A stretch of 34,881 bases of DNA, taken from the IMG/VR virus record IMGVR_UViG_3300028591_000140. One strand, given 5' to 3'. The notes below the pieces were generated by a model that did not search any database, was not told the origin of the DNA, and was given only the letters and a program-made list of their open reading frames with translations. This DNA is from a virus (lineage: Duplodnaviria > Heunggongvirae > Uroviricota > Caudoviricetes). The translations under genes were made by a program, and so were the position numbers. Below are positions 14,101 to 23,806 of the stretch, one piece after another. How positions within the stretch are numbered: the stretch's first letter is position 1; every line of letters starts with the position of its first letter.

Positions 14101-16963
14101 ACCAACCTGTTGGAACAGAAGTTAAATGATTTGTCTCAAAGCTATAAACCAGATCGTTTAGCCAGTCAATACTTGGAGCAGATGTGGCTCTCTTATATAG
14201 TCGAATTGTTGCCACATTCTTTCCATTTGCGCCAGGTGCACCATCTTGCGTTAAGATTACTGGATCCGACCATTCGTTTGCTGCAATATCAACAGAAGCC
14301 TCTGTAGAGCTTGCAGTCACAGCAGTTACATAAAGAGGATTACTTCCTCCAATATAGTCTCTGCTCCAGCCAGTTGGAACAGGGCTTAAACTGTGATCAG
14401 AAAAAGTATAGGTGGTCTGAACATTCGGCTTGCTCGGAGCCGTGGCTGAACGCATATACAAATATATGACAGCGGTATTATACGCATCCAAACCATCTGA
14501 GAGAATCTGCGTAACGTCAGTCCACTCAGTTGCAGCAATTGTATCGGTATCTCCAATAGCCATCGCAACCGCCTGAATCGAATAGCAGGGATTGCCGTCA
14601 GCCACGGGGATACTCTGAGACCATCCAGCAAGACCGGATGCCGGAGTAAGTTTTGCAGTATTAAAGGTATATGTGAGCGCCGCAGTCGGTTTAGCCGGAG
14701 TTGTATTGGATCTTTTATAAAGAACAACCACAGCGGTCTTCGGAGCATCTTCGCCATTTTGGGCCATAACTACAGGAGTTGACCACTCAGTATAAGGAAT
14801 CGTATCTGTATCAGATCTGGACCCAGCGGTTGCAGCCGTTATATAGATCGGATTATCATTATTAGGCAGATTTTTGAGATCATCTACCCAACCAGTCGGA
14901 AGACTTGTCAGCTTATTCGTGGAAAAGCTATACGTCAACATTTGGGTCCAGTCTATTGCGGCCGCAGTCGCAGAGCGCTTATACAAATACACAATCGCAG
15001 AGTTTGTACCTTGAGCACCCTGAATGCAAACAGGATCGGAGTAGTTATTATTCCCATTACCGTCGGTCATTTTGGTTCTCTGCCAAATATACTTACCGAG
15101 TTCCCATGCTGGACTCTCCGTTTGCCAAGCAGAAGAATCTTCTGGAGGAGGTGTGAGACTGGATGTATGACTCGCATACTCAACGTCAACATTTGTGATA
15201 GTCTCAGCTTTCCTCGCAAAGTCAAGAAGGGTATGGGCTGTGGCGGCTTTGACATTAACTCCTGGCTGAATTGTAGCATTCTTTGGGATCGTTGTTGTGA
15301 CCTCATAGATCAGCGTGTCTTGATCCGTCTGAATCTCGATTTTATCCCCAACAGCGTAGTCTCGAGTAGCTGTGTAACCAGTTTCCTTATAAGTATCCAG
15401 CATTGCTGTACTTGACAACCTAAACTCACCAGTTTCGAGATTCCAGTAGTTATAACCCTGAGCATCCGTCAAAAACCCGGTTCGAATGACCGTTGCAGCC
15501 AGATTGACGACATTAATAACTTGTGCGTCAAAGGTACCGTCGATTAGCCAAGCAGAATTGAAAGGCCCCCGATAGCCAGTCGTAGAAAAACCAATTCCAT
15601 TTTGATTTATACGAATGACTTGAACCGCAGTCTCAGTGCTCGGCTTATCCATCACCAAAATCTCTTGCGGTTCGCCATTGGCATTCAGGGTAACTTTGAC
15701 GTATCCGCCAAGGCCACCAGTGATCTTGTCTGTCGCAGAGCTAATCTGCTCATTCACATAGTCGGCAGTCACAGAACGACGAATCTGTCTCTGAATCTCT
15801 TCAAGAGCAGCCTGTGTGTCACTGGCAATCTCATCTGCATAAGAGGTTTGAGGGCTGCCAAGTTCAATCGCGTTATAGCGGTCAAGAAGAACGTTATAGA
15901 CAGTCTTAATAACTTCGGCATCGACCATCACGCCGATCCGAGTATGAATCACGTGGACAATGTCACACAGACTGACTTTTTCCAAAGGAGCGTAATCTTC
16001 ATACTCAGGAGTCTGCCAAAGCGCAACAAAACTGATCTTAATGTTATCCTCAGGAAGCCAAGGCTGAGCAGCCTCGAAAAGCTGTTTCGCTCTGGTCGCC
16101 AGTTGAGCCTGAGTCGGAGCTTCATCGAATTCAGAAGTCAGATCAAGCGGAGCATAGATCATGTTCTCCGAAGAAAACTCGATCGGATGACCCTGCTCGT
16201 CTCGAATGATCTCATCGTTTTCATTAGTCCAGAACACATGCTGAATTGCATCAGACTCACTGACAATTACACCATACTCGTCCAGAGTGACAAGAGTCTT
16301 ATTCCCTTCAGAATCTTCCTTGAACCAATACGGAACAATTGCTGTATAAACTTCACTCTCGTCGTACTCTCTGGTAATATCCGTCAAGTTTTTGCCATAG
16401 CGAATCTCAACACCATGGTCTACGCCACGATGCTCAAGAAAGCTGACATTCCATTTGTCATACTTGAACTCGCCGGGACCATAAAGATTGAGAATTGAAT
16501 CCCCATCTCCGGCCAGACGAGCCTTAATGGAAACCGGATACTCCACATCAAAGTTACTGAGAGTGCCTATATCAGTAAAGAAATTGAAGGGGCAGGCATT
16601 CATCGACTTGGCTTTCAGCATACTCATTGCTTCCGTGCAGCTCGAAGCGTGAAATGGAACAAGTATATGATTGCGAAGCCGATAGCTCAAATGATGAGCA
16701 TAGAATGTAACAATACCATCAATCGGAGCACTGTGCTTGTAGATTTCAAACGGCTGAATATCGCCATTGTCATCATGTGTAGCACCAATCAGTCGCCCCT
16801 CAAAGATCTCCTCAAAATATAGGCCATCAATCGGATACTTGAGCTCACATTCATAGATTCCGTTTCGCTCTTCGGTTACGAAGCAATCGACAGCATCTGC
16901 AAGCCTGCATATGCCCTGCGAGGTGAAGTCTTTTTCAGCATGATCATAGAGAATAGGAATCAT
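11171..16963 (-). CDS. Large tail tip/host-specificity protein (Tal-like N-terminus, 12 internal repeat modules)
   Basis: N-terminal prophage tail endopeptidase-like region (IPILY...GICRL.DA..C.V.EERNG.YE..L.YP); tandem repeats; directly after Dit. Start at ATG 16963 (ATGA overlap with the Dit stop, SD GAGGTGG). Confidence 0.9.
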   Translation of the reverse strand: MIPILYDHAEKDFTSQGICRLADAVDCFVTEERNGIYECELKYPIDGLYFEEIFEGRLIGATHDDNGDIQPFEIYKHSAPIDGIVTFYAHHLSYRLRNHILVPFHASSCTEAMSMLKAKSMNACPFNFFTDIGTLSNFDVEYPVSIKARLAGDGDSILNLYGPGEFKYDKWNVSFLEHRGVDHGVEIRYGKNLTDITREYDESEVYTAIVPYWFKEDSEGNKTLVTLDEYGVIVSESDAIQHVFWTNENDEIIRDEQGHPIEFSSENMIYAPLDLTSEFDEAPTQAQLATRAKQLFEAAQPWLPEDNIKISFVALWQTPEYEDYAPLEKVSLCDIVHVIHTRIGVMVDAEVIKTVYNVLLDRYNAIELGSPQTSYADEIASDTQAALEEIQRQIRRSVTADYVNEQISSATDKITGGLGGYVKVTLNANGEPQEILVMDKPSTETAVQVIRINQNGIGFSTTGYRGPFNSAWLIDGTFDAQVINVVNLAATVIRTGFLTDAQGYNYWNLETGEFRLSSTAMLDTYKETGYTATRDYAVGDKIEIQTDQDTLIYEVTTTIPKNATIQPGVNVKAATAHTLLDFARKAETITNVDVEYASHTSSLTPPPEDSSAWQTESPAWELGKYIWQRTKMTDGNGNNNYSDPVCIQGAQGTNSAIVYLYKRSATAAAIDWTQMLTYSFSTNKLTSLPTGWVDDLKNLPNNDNPIYITAATAGSRSDTDTIPYTEWSTPVVMAQNGEDAPKTAVVVLYKRSNTTPAKPTAALTYTFNTAKLTPASGLAGWSQSIPVADGNPCYSIQAVAMAIGDTDTIAATEWTDVTQILSDGLDAYNTAVIYLYMRSATAPSKPNVQTTYTFSDHSLSPVPTGWSRDYIGGSNPLYVTAVTASSTEASVDIAANEWSDPVILTQDGAPGANGKNVATIRLYKRATSAPSIDWLNDLVYSFETNHLTSVPTGWSESVPEGDDDLYATAATANSAGSTDTIAPNEWGAPVCITKNGLSWSTAAVFLYARADASTDLTKPTQTLDYSFPTGILSRGGQTGPSVLGGWSQEIPDSNGKPCFVIQATAVSDDGQTDTIAPSEWSDISKLVADGEAGTNGRSTVVLYLYKRSQAAPNIDWTKTLTYTFATNALSELPTGWSRDIPSGDYPLYVTAATATSTEATDTIPYTEWSAPILMAKNGKDGEAAAAGMNAATVFLYARAAAASALTKPNATLMYAFATGSLTPASGFSGWSQEIPAANGNSCFVIQATAISADATDTIATSEWSDITLFVSDGENGEPGLNSATVFLYARAASASALTKPSGNLTYTFSSGALTPASGFSGWSQTIPDSDSSGNPCFVIQATAANTTATDTIKASEWSAIKKLVVNGEDGRSIVSITEYYARSKVNTTAPSSWSTTVPTLTTSYKYLWNYEVVTYSDESTSETAKRVIGVYGNTGAAGKGISSIVNHYLATASGSGVTKETSGWTETVQSMTPANKYLWNYETINYTSGDPDESDPTIIGVYGEEGIGVRDVSEQYYLSTSSSSCTGGSWQATQPAWEQGKYIWTRSKITWTDIDSQTGTYRITYTTPICANAINGANEATKTLDDSLTQLEIYNRLTNNSNNEGVYLENSRLYINASMIATGIIKDKGTTYKNYWNLNTGYFQTKAGQIGDFLLGEFTATTGGATGHALAYLKYHDGGTYQYSKPYYAANTPNPGVVLCGVSSDDSTTGYTFLSQGRMYVTGYTNYAGRVRINAGMIFIDLGLTPSSPTSGWTTIASVNPWTGTGGRGLNINGNLAVSGNLACTGTKPRIVDTDDYGRRYLYAYENPTPMFGDVGEGEIGEDGLCYVWLEPIFAQTIEDGQYQVFLQKYGDGKCFVKTRASGYFIVQGTPGLTFGWEMKAKQKGYGMTRLQNETKNFGIMQPAMPENQDNFADVSNNYLQNLREGREST
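12253..15199 (-). repeat. Protein-level tandem repeats: 4 type-B and 8 type-A modules in the tail protein
   Basis: Type A (~85-97 aa, Y.R...TY.F....GWS..IP....DTI...EWS) eight times between 15001 and 12848; type B (~65 aa, W....P....KY.W) once before and three times after. Confidence 0.9.
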
Positions 16964-17682
16964 AGGACATACCACCTCGGCGTGATTTCAACTTTTGTAA
17001 TATCACCGGAAAACGTAAAATTGTTCACACCAGGAACCAGATCCGGATAGTCGATCGTAGAAAGAATGATGTTACGATTCATGGATGTAGCGCCAAAATA
17101 AGCGTTCATAGTCTCGAAATCAAGATCAACGAAGCTTGGAATATCGGAGATAGCAAAGACTGCTCCTCCCATTGTCAGAAGGCCGCTTCCATACTCAGTA
17201 GCATGGACACGAATCAAAGGTTTGGCCGGGAAGAGAGTCGGATTCTCAATAGAGAAGGACGATTCCTCAAATTCCTGCTTAACTTCTCCAGACTTCAGAA
17301 ATCTCTGCGGTTTGCAGTTAAAGACAACATCAAAAGATCCAAAAGAATTGTCAAACCAGACATCCGGATCAAATGCTTCTTTAAAAACAGCCATCCGAAA
17401 CTCGTCGGGATGATACGTGTCTTCAAGCCGCTGATAAGTCCGCTTAGACAGCATAAAGTTTCGAAAAGCAGCGATCTGGTCCTTAAATTCTTCCATGATG
17501 AAAGAAGAGTATTTCAAATCGTAATTCTCGAAGCGCTTGTTGTCGAAAATGAGGTCACCATTCTTACCAGGAATCGGGGTTACCTCAAAAGAATGGGCAG
17601 GAGCTCCAAACGTCCCCTGCCCATTGATGTATAAACCGAAGGTTGTGCTCGGCGTACCGGCAAAAGTAAAATAGTTTCTCAT
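16960..17682 (-). CDS. Distal tail protein (Dit)
   Basis: Position between tape measure and Tal; FTFAG..S..FGL.I...GKNGDL...FNCKPQRF...ENPTLFPAKPLI..ITPRW. Confidence 0.9.
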   Translation of the reverse strand: MRNYFTFAGTPSTTFGLYINGQGTFGAPAHSFEVTPIPGKNGDLIFDNKRFENYDLKYSSFIMEEFKDQIAAFRNFMLSKRTYQRLEDTYHPDEFRMAVFKEAFDPDVWFDNSFGSFDVVFNCKPQRFLKSGEVKQEFEESSFSIENPTLFPAKPLIRVHATEYGSGLLTMGGAVFAISDIPSFVDLDFETMNAYFGATSMNRNIILSTIDYPDLVPGVNNFTFSGDITKVEITPRWYVL

Positions 17683-20600
17683 TTTACATATGCCACCGTC
17701 CTTTGCTTCTTTTTAAACGCGAGTCTGCGTTCAACTGCATCAGCCAACTCTTCGGCACTCTGGCCGGGCTGCTGATGAATGTGGATTGTATTCGTAATGT
17801 TGTTAGTATCGCCGGAACGAATCTCGGTACCATTTTGATTTGCTCCAGAATTCTGCCGTCTGGCGATTACACCGACTCTGGAAACTCCAACAGAAGTGTC
17901 AAGATCCGGGATGCTTCCAGCGTAGGAACTGACATTGGAAAGATCCAAGACAGGACGGATCGTGGGTGTAAATCCAGTTTCCAGAGCACGAGAAATCCGG
18001 CCACGAGCACTGGTGAGAGTCTTATTCAGGCCAGAAAGCATCAGCGAAGTGGTGTTCTTCACATCGCCAATCTTATTCTTAATACCCACAACCATGCCTT
18101 CACCATACTGCTCGCCTTCCCATGTTGCGACTTTGGACGGAGAGTTAATCTGAGCAGTGGACTCGACACCCTCGGCCGCGGCATTTGCAAGAGCAGAAGC
18201 AGCAGACTGAACTTCGCCAAGCATAGACCAAAGACCGTTCGCAAGACCCTGACCAAGCATCTGACCTGCATATTCCCAAGTACCTTGCGTGGACATGACA
18301 GCACTGGATCCCGTATTTGAGATCTCTGTGCCTGCCGAGGCCAAAGCTCCACTCTGAGACTGCATGCCAGCAATCACAACAATGATGAGCTGAGAGCCAT
18401 CATTCTGCCAATCGCCATATGTAGCCTCAATAGCATTCTTGCCAGTAGTCATCAAAGCGGTGACAGAAGTCTGAACTTCGCCATCCTTTGAATTCATACC
18501 GTCAATCATAGACTGGATAAGCTGCTGGCCACCAGACTGAGTCTGAGAGGAAGCATCGCCAAGAGACGTTGTGATCGTTGTGATCATAGTCTGGAAGCTT
18601 GAAGCGAGACCGTCGAGATTGCCCGCCAGATCTTTCTTGTTGAGTTTCTTCAGAGCGCCAGCCAACTCAGCAATACCAAGTGCAGTAGCCGCCCAACTGA
18701 TACCGGAAAGACCACGAACGCTCTCGCCGAAATCTGAGATACCGGTGGAAATATCACTCAGACCAGTCGAGATAGCAGAAAGACCCTGGCCAATACCCTC
18801 ACCGATAGAAGCGACCAAAGCAGAAATCGCATCAGCGATTCCGGTACCGATGGCTGCAATAGACTCGCCAACGCCAGTACCAAGTGCCGCAACAGCCTCA
18901 CCAATTCCGGTGCCCAAGGCAGAGACTGCTTCACCGATTCCTGAACCAAGGGCTGCTACAGTTTCACCGATCCCCTCTCCGATAGAGACAACCAGCTCTT
19001 TGATGCCATTTCCAAGTGTCGGCAGCATCTCACCGATACTGGTGAAGAATCCACTGATTGCCTGACCGATATCGACGACAAATGCTTTGATGCCTGCACC
19101 AAAGCTCGCCAGGGCCGGACCTAAAATCAGCATTGCTACAGCAGCAACTCCAACAGCGGCTGCTAATACCAGTAATGCAGCGGCGGCCACGAGTAAAGAA
19201 CCGGCACCAGCCAGAACCATGGGACCAGCATTTGCTAACAGCAGTAAAGCTGCGGTTACCACAACAAGTAATGCCCCTAAAGAAATAAGAGCCTCAAGTG
19301 CTGCGGTTTCACCAACTAATTTGATGACTGCCATCAACGCGCCGAGAGAAACAGCCATAACCATAATAGCCGCGGCTGCTATAAGCAAGGCTCCAGCAGC
19401 AGCAAGCATCATGGGCGTTTGCTCTTTTAGCACTTTCACAGCAACAATCAAACCACCAAGGGCAACAGCTATTGTGCCAAGCATTGCAGCAAAACCGAGC
19501 AAAGCCCCATCCATTTTGGCAACCAGAGTAAATGCGGCTAAAGCTGCTGCAAGTAAAAGCATTGCGGCTGCAACGATAGCCAAGGATGCTGCGACGGCTA
19601 ACACCTCACCAGCCATACCTTCCAGATAATGAGCGGCTCCGGCTAATATTAGAACTGTAGCAGCTAAAGTGGATATCATCAATGCAAAGCCCGTCCAAGC
19701 ACTCTTCATTTTAGCAACAAGAGCAAATGCGGCTAATGCTCCAGCCATAACGCCCATGGCGACAGCGACAAGAAGCAGAGCCGCCGCAAGGGCAAGGAGA
19801 ACACCGGCCATCTTAGGAAGACTACCCATGTCCATTTTGCCAATGGCTTCGAGATTCATCAGAAGAGCAGCGAGCGCTGTCCCGATAATGCCAACACCAA
19901 TGATCGCATTATCATAATCAACAAATCCGAGAATAAGTAGAGCGCCGGCAAGCATAAGAATTGCTGTAGCAATCTTCTTAATACTGTCAACCTTGATGCT
20001 CTTCTGGAATGTGCTCAGCGCACTTTTTATGCCATCGAGAACACCGCCGACTTTCTTTTTCAAATCAGCCAGAGACTCTAATGGCTCTTTAATAAACTTT
20101 ACAGCACTGGCGATCTTGGTAGCAATCAGAGTCAAGACCCCAACGCCAAGTCCGCCTTTGAACATTTTGCCGAAATCGAAAGACTCTTTCAAGGTAGCGA
20201 ATTTGTCCTTCACCCAATCGACAGCCGTACCAACAGCACCCTTAATGGTTTCTGCAAAATTCTTCAGGCCATCGACAAACCCCTTCAGGAAACCGTCAAC
20301 AGACTGAATGATAGACGACAAGCTTGAAAACTTTTCTTTCAAACTATCAATGTCAACCTTACGAATTGCATCGGCCAGAAGATTAATGAAATCAGCAAGG
20401 CCCTGACAAATCGAAGAAAATGCCTCACTACTTGCGCCAGCCGTATCCATATTGGATGCAAGACCAAACACATCCACGACCAGTTCAGCAATTGCAGCAC
20501 CAACATTGATCAGCGCATCACCAATAGGTTTCATCGCACTGAATAAATTTGTGAAAGTATTGCCGATGAAGCTCAGAATATTTTGAAGTCCGTGAAAAGC

Positions 20601-22418
20601 TGTGACCAATTTCTCGACGGCCACAGTCGGGGAATCTAAGTGATCAGACAAAGTCCCGAGAACATCAGCAAGAGTCTGGCAAACACTTGCCAACACACTG
20701 CCGGAAACTCCAGAGGTATCAAAGCTGCTGTGAAGCTGCAAGAACCGGTCGATAATAGTTTGAACCTTACTGCCAATATCACCGATAGCATCTCTCAAAG
20801 GCTCTGTTGCACTCCAGAGATTCTTCATAGAGTTCATAACATACTCAAGCGCATTGCCAAGTAAACGGCCAATAGACTGGAGTCGTTCAGCCTGCTCAGA
20901 AGTAACTTCGAGACCCATAGAGAACTCACGGATAGCACTGATAGCACCACCGAGCATTGCATAGATCTCTGTATCATCTAAAGGTTCGAAAATCTCCTCA
21001 AAACCAGCTCGAATGTTACCGAGAATGCCAAGGACTTCCTCACCATCTCCACGAATATACGTGAGTACATCCATAAATGAAGAAGCCAATCGTTCTACAG
21101 CATTAAGATTGCCAAGCATCTCACTGATGTCAACAAGTCTCTCAAGTGGTCCAACCAGCTCATCATACAGAAAGTTGGCGAATCCGGTCCAAATATGACG
21201 AGCCTTCTCATAGTCACCGAAGATGTTCTCATATATTTTCATCCAAGTGGTGGAAGCTGCATCCTTCGTAGCATCAATAGCATCTTGAAAAGTCTTGGCT
21301 TCCTGAGCTGCCTTAAAGACCTTAATACCAAATTCAGCAGCTTCAGAGCTTAATACACTGATGCCTGTCTTAAGGTCTTCGAGAGACATACCAGTTGTCT
21401 CTGAAACTTTAGCCAACTCTTCTTCACTGAGTTTTCCAGCTTTGTTCGCTTCGACCAGCTCAAGAATCTCAGTTGCTGTGAGTCCACTGGCCTCAGAGAA
21501 TTTGTACAGAGCATCAGTAACCGCACCATACTGATCAAGTGTAGAGATCAGGACATCAGACGTAAACCAGCCTTCAGAGAGAGACTGAGAGAAATTCTTA
21601 ATGTTGACCTCTGTGCCCTTCATCGTCTGATAGACACCCTCAGATACTTCCTTAAGTTGACCCTGAGCAACGGCAACCTCGAGAACTTTCTGCTTGAATT
21701 CCGCGGTTGCCATGTTTGCATTTTCGATCGAACGCCAGTCCATCAGCTTGACAGAACCTACACCAATCGCCTGTGCAAGGTTATACATTGCTCGAGAAGC
21801 AGAACTGGCATTTTGACCGGAGACAGCCGCCCAGTTTGCAATACCCTGCATGGCGGTAACAGCTTGCTCCAAAGGAATCTGGTTGGAGGTAAATTTGCCG
21901 ATGTTAGAAACCATATCGACAAAGTTATAAGAAGTCTCATCCGTAAACCAGTTCAGCTTGTCCATCTGAGAATTGACAAACTCCATCTGGTCACCGACAA
22001 AACCAAGGGATCTGGCAGACTCTTCCCATGTGTCCTGTGTGGCCGCCATAATAGTCTGGACAGCGGTCGTCTTATCAGCATACTTAGTCCAGCCAGCAGA
22101 CATCGGCTCCATAACTGCAAAGTCCATCAGTCTTTTGCCGAGCTCCATGGCTTTGTCAGTAAGATTCTCCAGTACGCGCATACCGACGATACCCATAGCG
22201 GAAAACCTATCTGCAATTTTGTCTACAGCACTGGAGACATTCCCCAGATTCAGCTTGTTAAAGGCGCTTTCAACATTCGAAATGCCTTTGGTTGCTCCAT
22301 CCAAATTAAGAGCAGCTTTCAGTTTATCGAGAGTAGAGATGGAAGTATGCACATTTTTCTCAAATCGTGCATTGTCAAATCCCATTTCTACGACTCTTTG
22401 GTCGATAACAGGGCTCAT
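17679..22418 (-). CDS. Tape measure protein
   Basis: ~1,580 aa, Ala/Gly/Leu-rich helical repeats; N-terminal IDQRVVEMGFDN..FE; start at ATG 22418 (ATGA overlap, SD GAGGTG). Confidence 0.95.
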   Translation of the reverse strand: MSPVIDQRVVEMGFDNARFEKNVHTSISTLDKLKAALNLDGATKGISNVESAFNKLNLGNVSSAVDKIADRFSAMGIVGMRVLENLTDKAMELGKRLMDFAVMEPMSAGWTKYADKTTAVQTIMAATQDTWEESARSLGFVGDQMEFVNSQMDKLNWFTDETSYNFVDMVSNIGKFTSNQIPLEQAVTAMQGIANWAAVSGQNASSASRAMYNLAQAIGVGSVKLMDWRSIENANMATAEFKQKVLEVAVAQGQLKEVSEGVYQTMKGTEVNIKNFSQSLSEGWFTSDVLISTLDQYGAVTDALYKFSEASGLTATEILELVEANKAGKLSEEELAKVSETTGMSLEDLKTGISVLSSEAAEFGIKVFKAAQEAKTFQDAIDATKDAASTTWMKIYENIFGDYEKARHIWTGFANFLYDELVGPLERLVDISEMLGNLNAVERLASSFMDVLTYIRGDGEEVLGILGNIRAGFEEIFEPLDDTEIYAMLGGAISAIREFSMGLEVTSEQAERLQSIGRLLGNALEYVMNSMKNLWSATEPLRDAIGDIGSKVQTIIDRFLQLHSSFDTSGVSGSVLASVCQTLADVLGTLSDHLDSPTVAVEKLVTAFHGLQNILSFIGNTFTNLFSAMKPIGDALINVGAAIAELVVDVFGLASNMDTAGASSEAFSSICQGLADFINLLADAIRKVDIDSLKEKFSSLSSIIQSVDGFLKGFVDGLKNFAETIKGAVGTAVDWVKDKFATLKESFDFGKMFKGGLGVGVLTLIATKIASAVKFIKEPLESLADLKKKVGGVLDGIKSALSTFQKSIKVDSIKKIATAILMLAGALLILGFVDYDNAIIGVGIIGTALAALLMNLEAIGKMDMGSLPKMAGVLLALAAALLLVAVAMGVMAGALAAFALVAKMKSAWTGFALMISTLAATVLILAGAAHYLEGMAGEVLAVAASLAIVAAAMLLLAAALAAFTLVAKMDGALLGFAAMLGTIAVALGGLIVAVKVLKEQTPMMLAAAGALLIAAAAIMVMAVSLGALMAVIKLVGETAALEALISLGALLVVVTAALLLLANAGPMVLAGAGSLLVAAAALLVLAAAVGVAAVAMLILGPALASFGAGIKAFVVDIGQAISGFFTSIGEMLPTLGNGIKELVVSIGEGIGETVAALGSGIGEAVSALGTGIGEAVAALGTGVGESIAAIGTGIADAISALVASIGEGIGQGLSAISTGLSDISTGISDFGESVRGLSGISWAATALGIAELAGALKKLNKKDLAGNLDGLASSFQTMITTITTSLGDASSQTQSGGQQLIQSMIDGMNSKDGEVQTSVTALMTTGKNAIEATYGDWQNDGSQLIIVVIAGMQSQSGALASAGTEISNTGSSAVMSTQGTWEYAGQMLGQGLANGLWSMLGEVQSAASALANAAAEGVESTAQINSPSKVATWEGEQYGEGMVVGIKNKIGDVKNTTSLMLSGLNKTLTSARGRISRALETGFTPTIRPVLDLSNVSSYAGSIPDLDTSVGVSRVGVIARRQNSGANQNGTEIRSGDTNNITNTIHIHQQPGQSAEELADAVERRLAFKKKQRTVAYVK

Positions 22419-22792
22419 ACTTTGCTCACCTCTTGCCAAGCCTCGTCTGCCAACTGCTCAAAAATTGAAGCAAGTGCAGGATTGATGTAATCGACTCCTT
22501 GGACATACCCACCCGTTCCAGTGCCATGACCCAATTGAAGAATCAAAGCAATGTTCACGCCATTGTTGACGTTGGTATTGTTCCAAGTAATAGAATAGCC
22601 AGTCCCTGTTTTGGAGACTTGATACTCCCAGGAACTGGCCGTTAGTCCGGTATCTTTAGGGGTCGCGGCAGCTAAGGCAGCAACCCCTTTATCACCGTAT
22701 TTGTTTAGAATGCTTCGAATTTCAAACTTTGACATGCGTTTAAACATGCCTTCTGTTCGTTTGAAACTCCCATGATGTTTGATCGTGATCAT
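22415..22792 (-). CDS. HK97 gp10-like tail completion protein
   Basis: ALAAATPKDTGLTASSW...GHGT..GGYVQG.DYINPAL motif. Confidence 0.75.
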   Translation of the reverse strand: MITIKHHGSFKRTEGMFKRMSKFEIRSILNKYGDKGVAALAAATPKDTGLTASSWEYQVSKTGTGYSITWNNTNVNNGVNIALILQLGHGTGTGGYVQGVDYINPALASIFEQLADEAWQEVSKV

Positions 22793-22800
22793 TTCTCAGC

Positions 22801-23337
22801 TCATCCTTTAGAATGTAGAGCCTTCCTTCGAGCAGCATTTAGAGACGCATTTCTTGACATAAGCGCTCTCTGGCTCATTTTCTTCGGAGGCTGACTCTTG
22901 ATACTGCAAACGTCAATCAATGTCAGAAGACGGTTTAGATGCCACTTCTGGCACTCAAAAGGAATTCGTAACGCCACCATCCAATAGTAGATAAGTTCGG
23001 CCGTAACAATTTCTCGATTTGACTTACTCTTATCAATCGGAACAGTGGTGGCAGTCATGGAATCCTGAATATACGCATTTACTTGTTCGATCATAGCCGG
23101 AGAGATACAACGCAAGACGTTTTCATCGACTGTGTTCACAATCATGCAGCGAATATAGTCGAAAGTCTCTTCGTCAGTCTTCTCCTTCTTGGAGAGAAAA
23201 GGCTTATGCCATTTTGACTCCCATTTTGAAAGCGACAGCAAGGAATGCTCCAGAACCAAAGTCTGCTTCTTTACGAATGTAAACTCATTCCTAACCTCGT
23301 CGTAGAGCTCGGTCTCCGGAATGTTTAATAGAAGCAT
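22801..23337 (-). CDS. Putative tail assembly chaperone-associated protein
   Basis: Located between the chaperone and tape measure genes; own SD GAGGA; conserved-looking LEHSL.S.SKWESKW.KPFL and IPFECQKWHLNRL. Confidence 0.6.
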   Translation of the reverse strand: MLLLNIPETELYDEVRNEFTFVKKQTLVLEHSLLSLSKWESKWHKPFLSKKEKTDEETFDYIRCMIVNTVDENVLRCISPAMIEQVNAYIQDSMTATTVPIDKSKSNREIVTAELIYYWMVALRIPFECQKWHLNRLLTLIDVCSIKSQPPKKMSQRALMSRNASLNAARRKALHSKG

Positions 23338-23351
23338 GATGGTTCCTCACT

Positions 23352-23723
23352 TTACTTCTTGTCGGGCTGCGGAATAACTCCGTTGACAAACTTGGCCGCA
23401 TACTCATCGTCAGTGGCCAGCTTCATGTACAGGATCGAGAAAGCCTCAGTCTCACTGAATTCCTTACTCAGTTCAGGGCTCTTCATAAAGCGACGGCCAT
23501 CGGGAGAAATCTCACCATAAGCGTCCAGGATGAACTGCTTGAACAGCTCAACCACGGTTTCCTGCTTCTTTGCGTCAACAATCCGTTTCAGAAACTCAGC
23601 GTAGCCACCGCCAGCATACTTCATCTGCTTCTCAGCGCACTCGGCTTTGGACAGATGGAAACGGAACTCTTCGGTGCGCTCTTCACCGTAGAAATCCTTA
23701 TAGGTAATAGTCTCCTTCCACAT
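23352..23723 (-). CDS. Tail assembly chaperone
   Basis: Immediately after the major tail gene; K.TI.Y.DF.G.ER.E.F.F.L pattern. Confidence 0.75.
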   Translation of the reverse strand: MWKETITYKDFYGEERTEEFRFHLSKAECAEKQMKYAGGGYAEFLKRIVDAKKQETVVELFKQFILDAYGEISPDGRRFMKSPELSKEFSETEAFSILYMKLATDDEYAAKFVNGVIPQPDKK

Positions 23724-23756
23724 GAGTGGATACTCCTTTCAAAGTTCATTTTAAAT

Positions 23757-23793
23757 AGAAGAAGGAGCTGCCAGCCTAACTGAATACAGCTCC
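23757..23793 (-). terminator. Terminator-like hairpin after the major tail gene
   Basis: GGAGCTG(23764-23770)/CAGCTCC(23787-23793) stem; TTCTATTT follows on the minus strand. Confidence 0.65.
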
Positions 23794-23806
23794 ATAGTCA
23801 CATGAC

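Noticed and set aside
22769-22792. MITIKHHG at the start of the gp10-like gene as a fifth cargo leader
   Set aside because: Matches [LIV]-x-H-H-G but lacks the GxKWG.RR continuation; likely coincidental.
23338-23400. Programmed frameshift between the two tail chaperone ORFs
   Set aside because: No XXXYYYZ slippery heptamer near the end of 23352..23723, and the downstream ORF has its own SD (GAGGA) and ATG.
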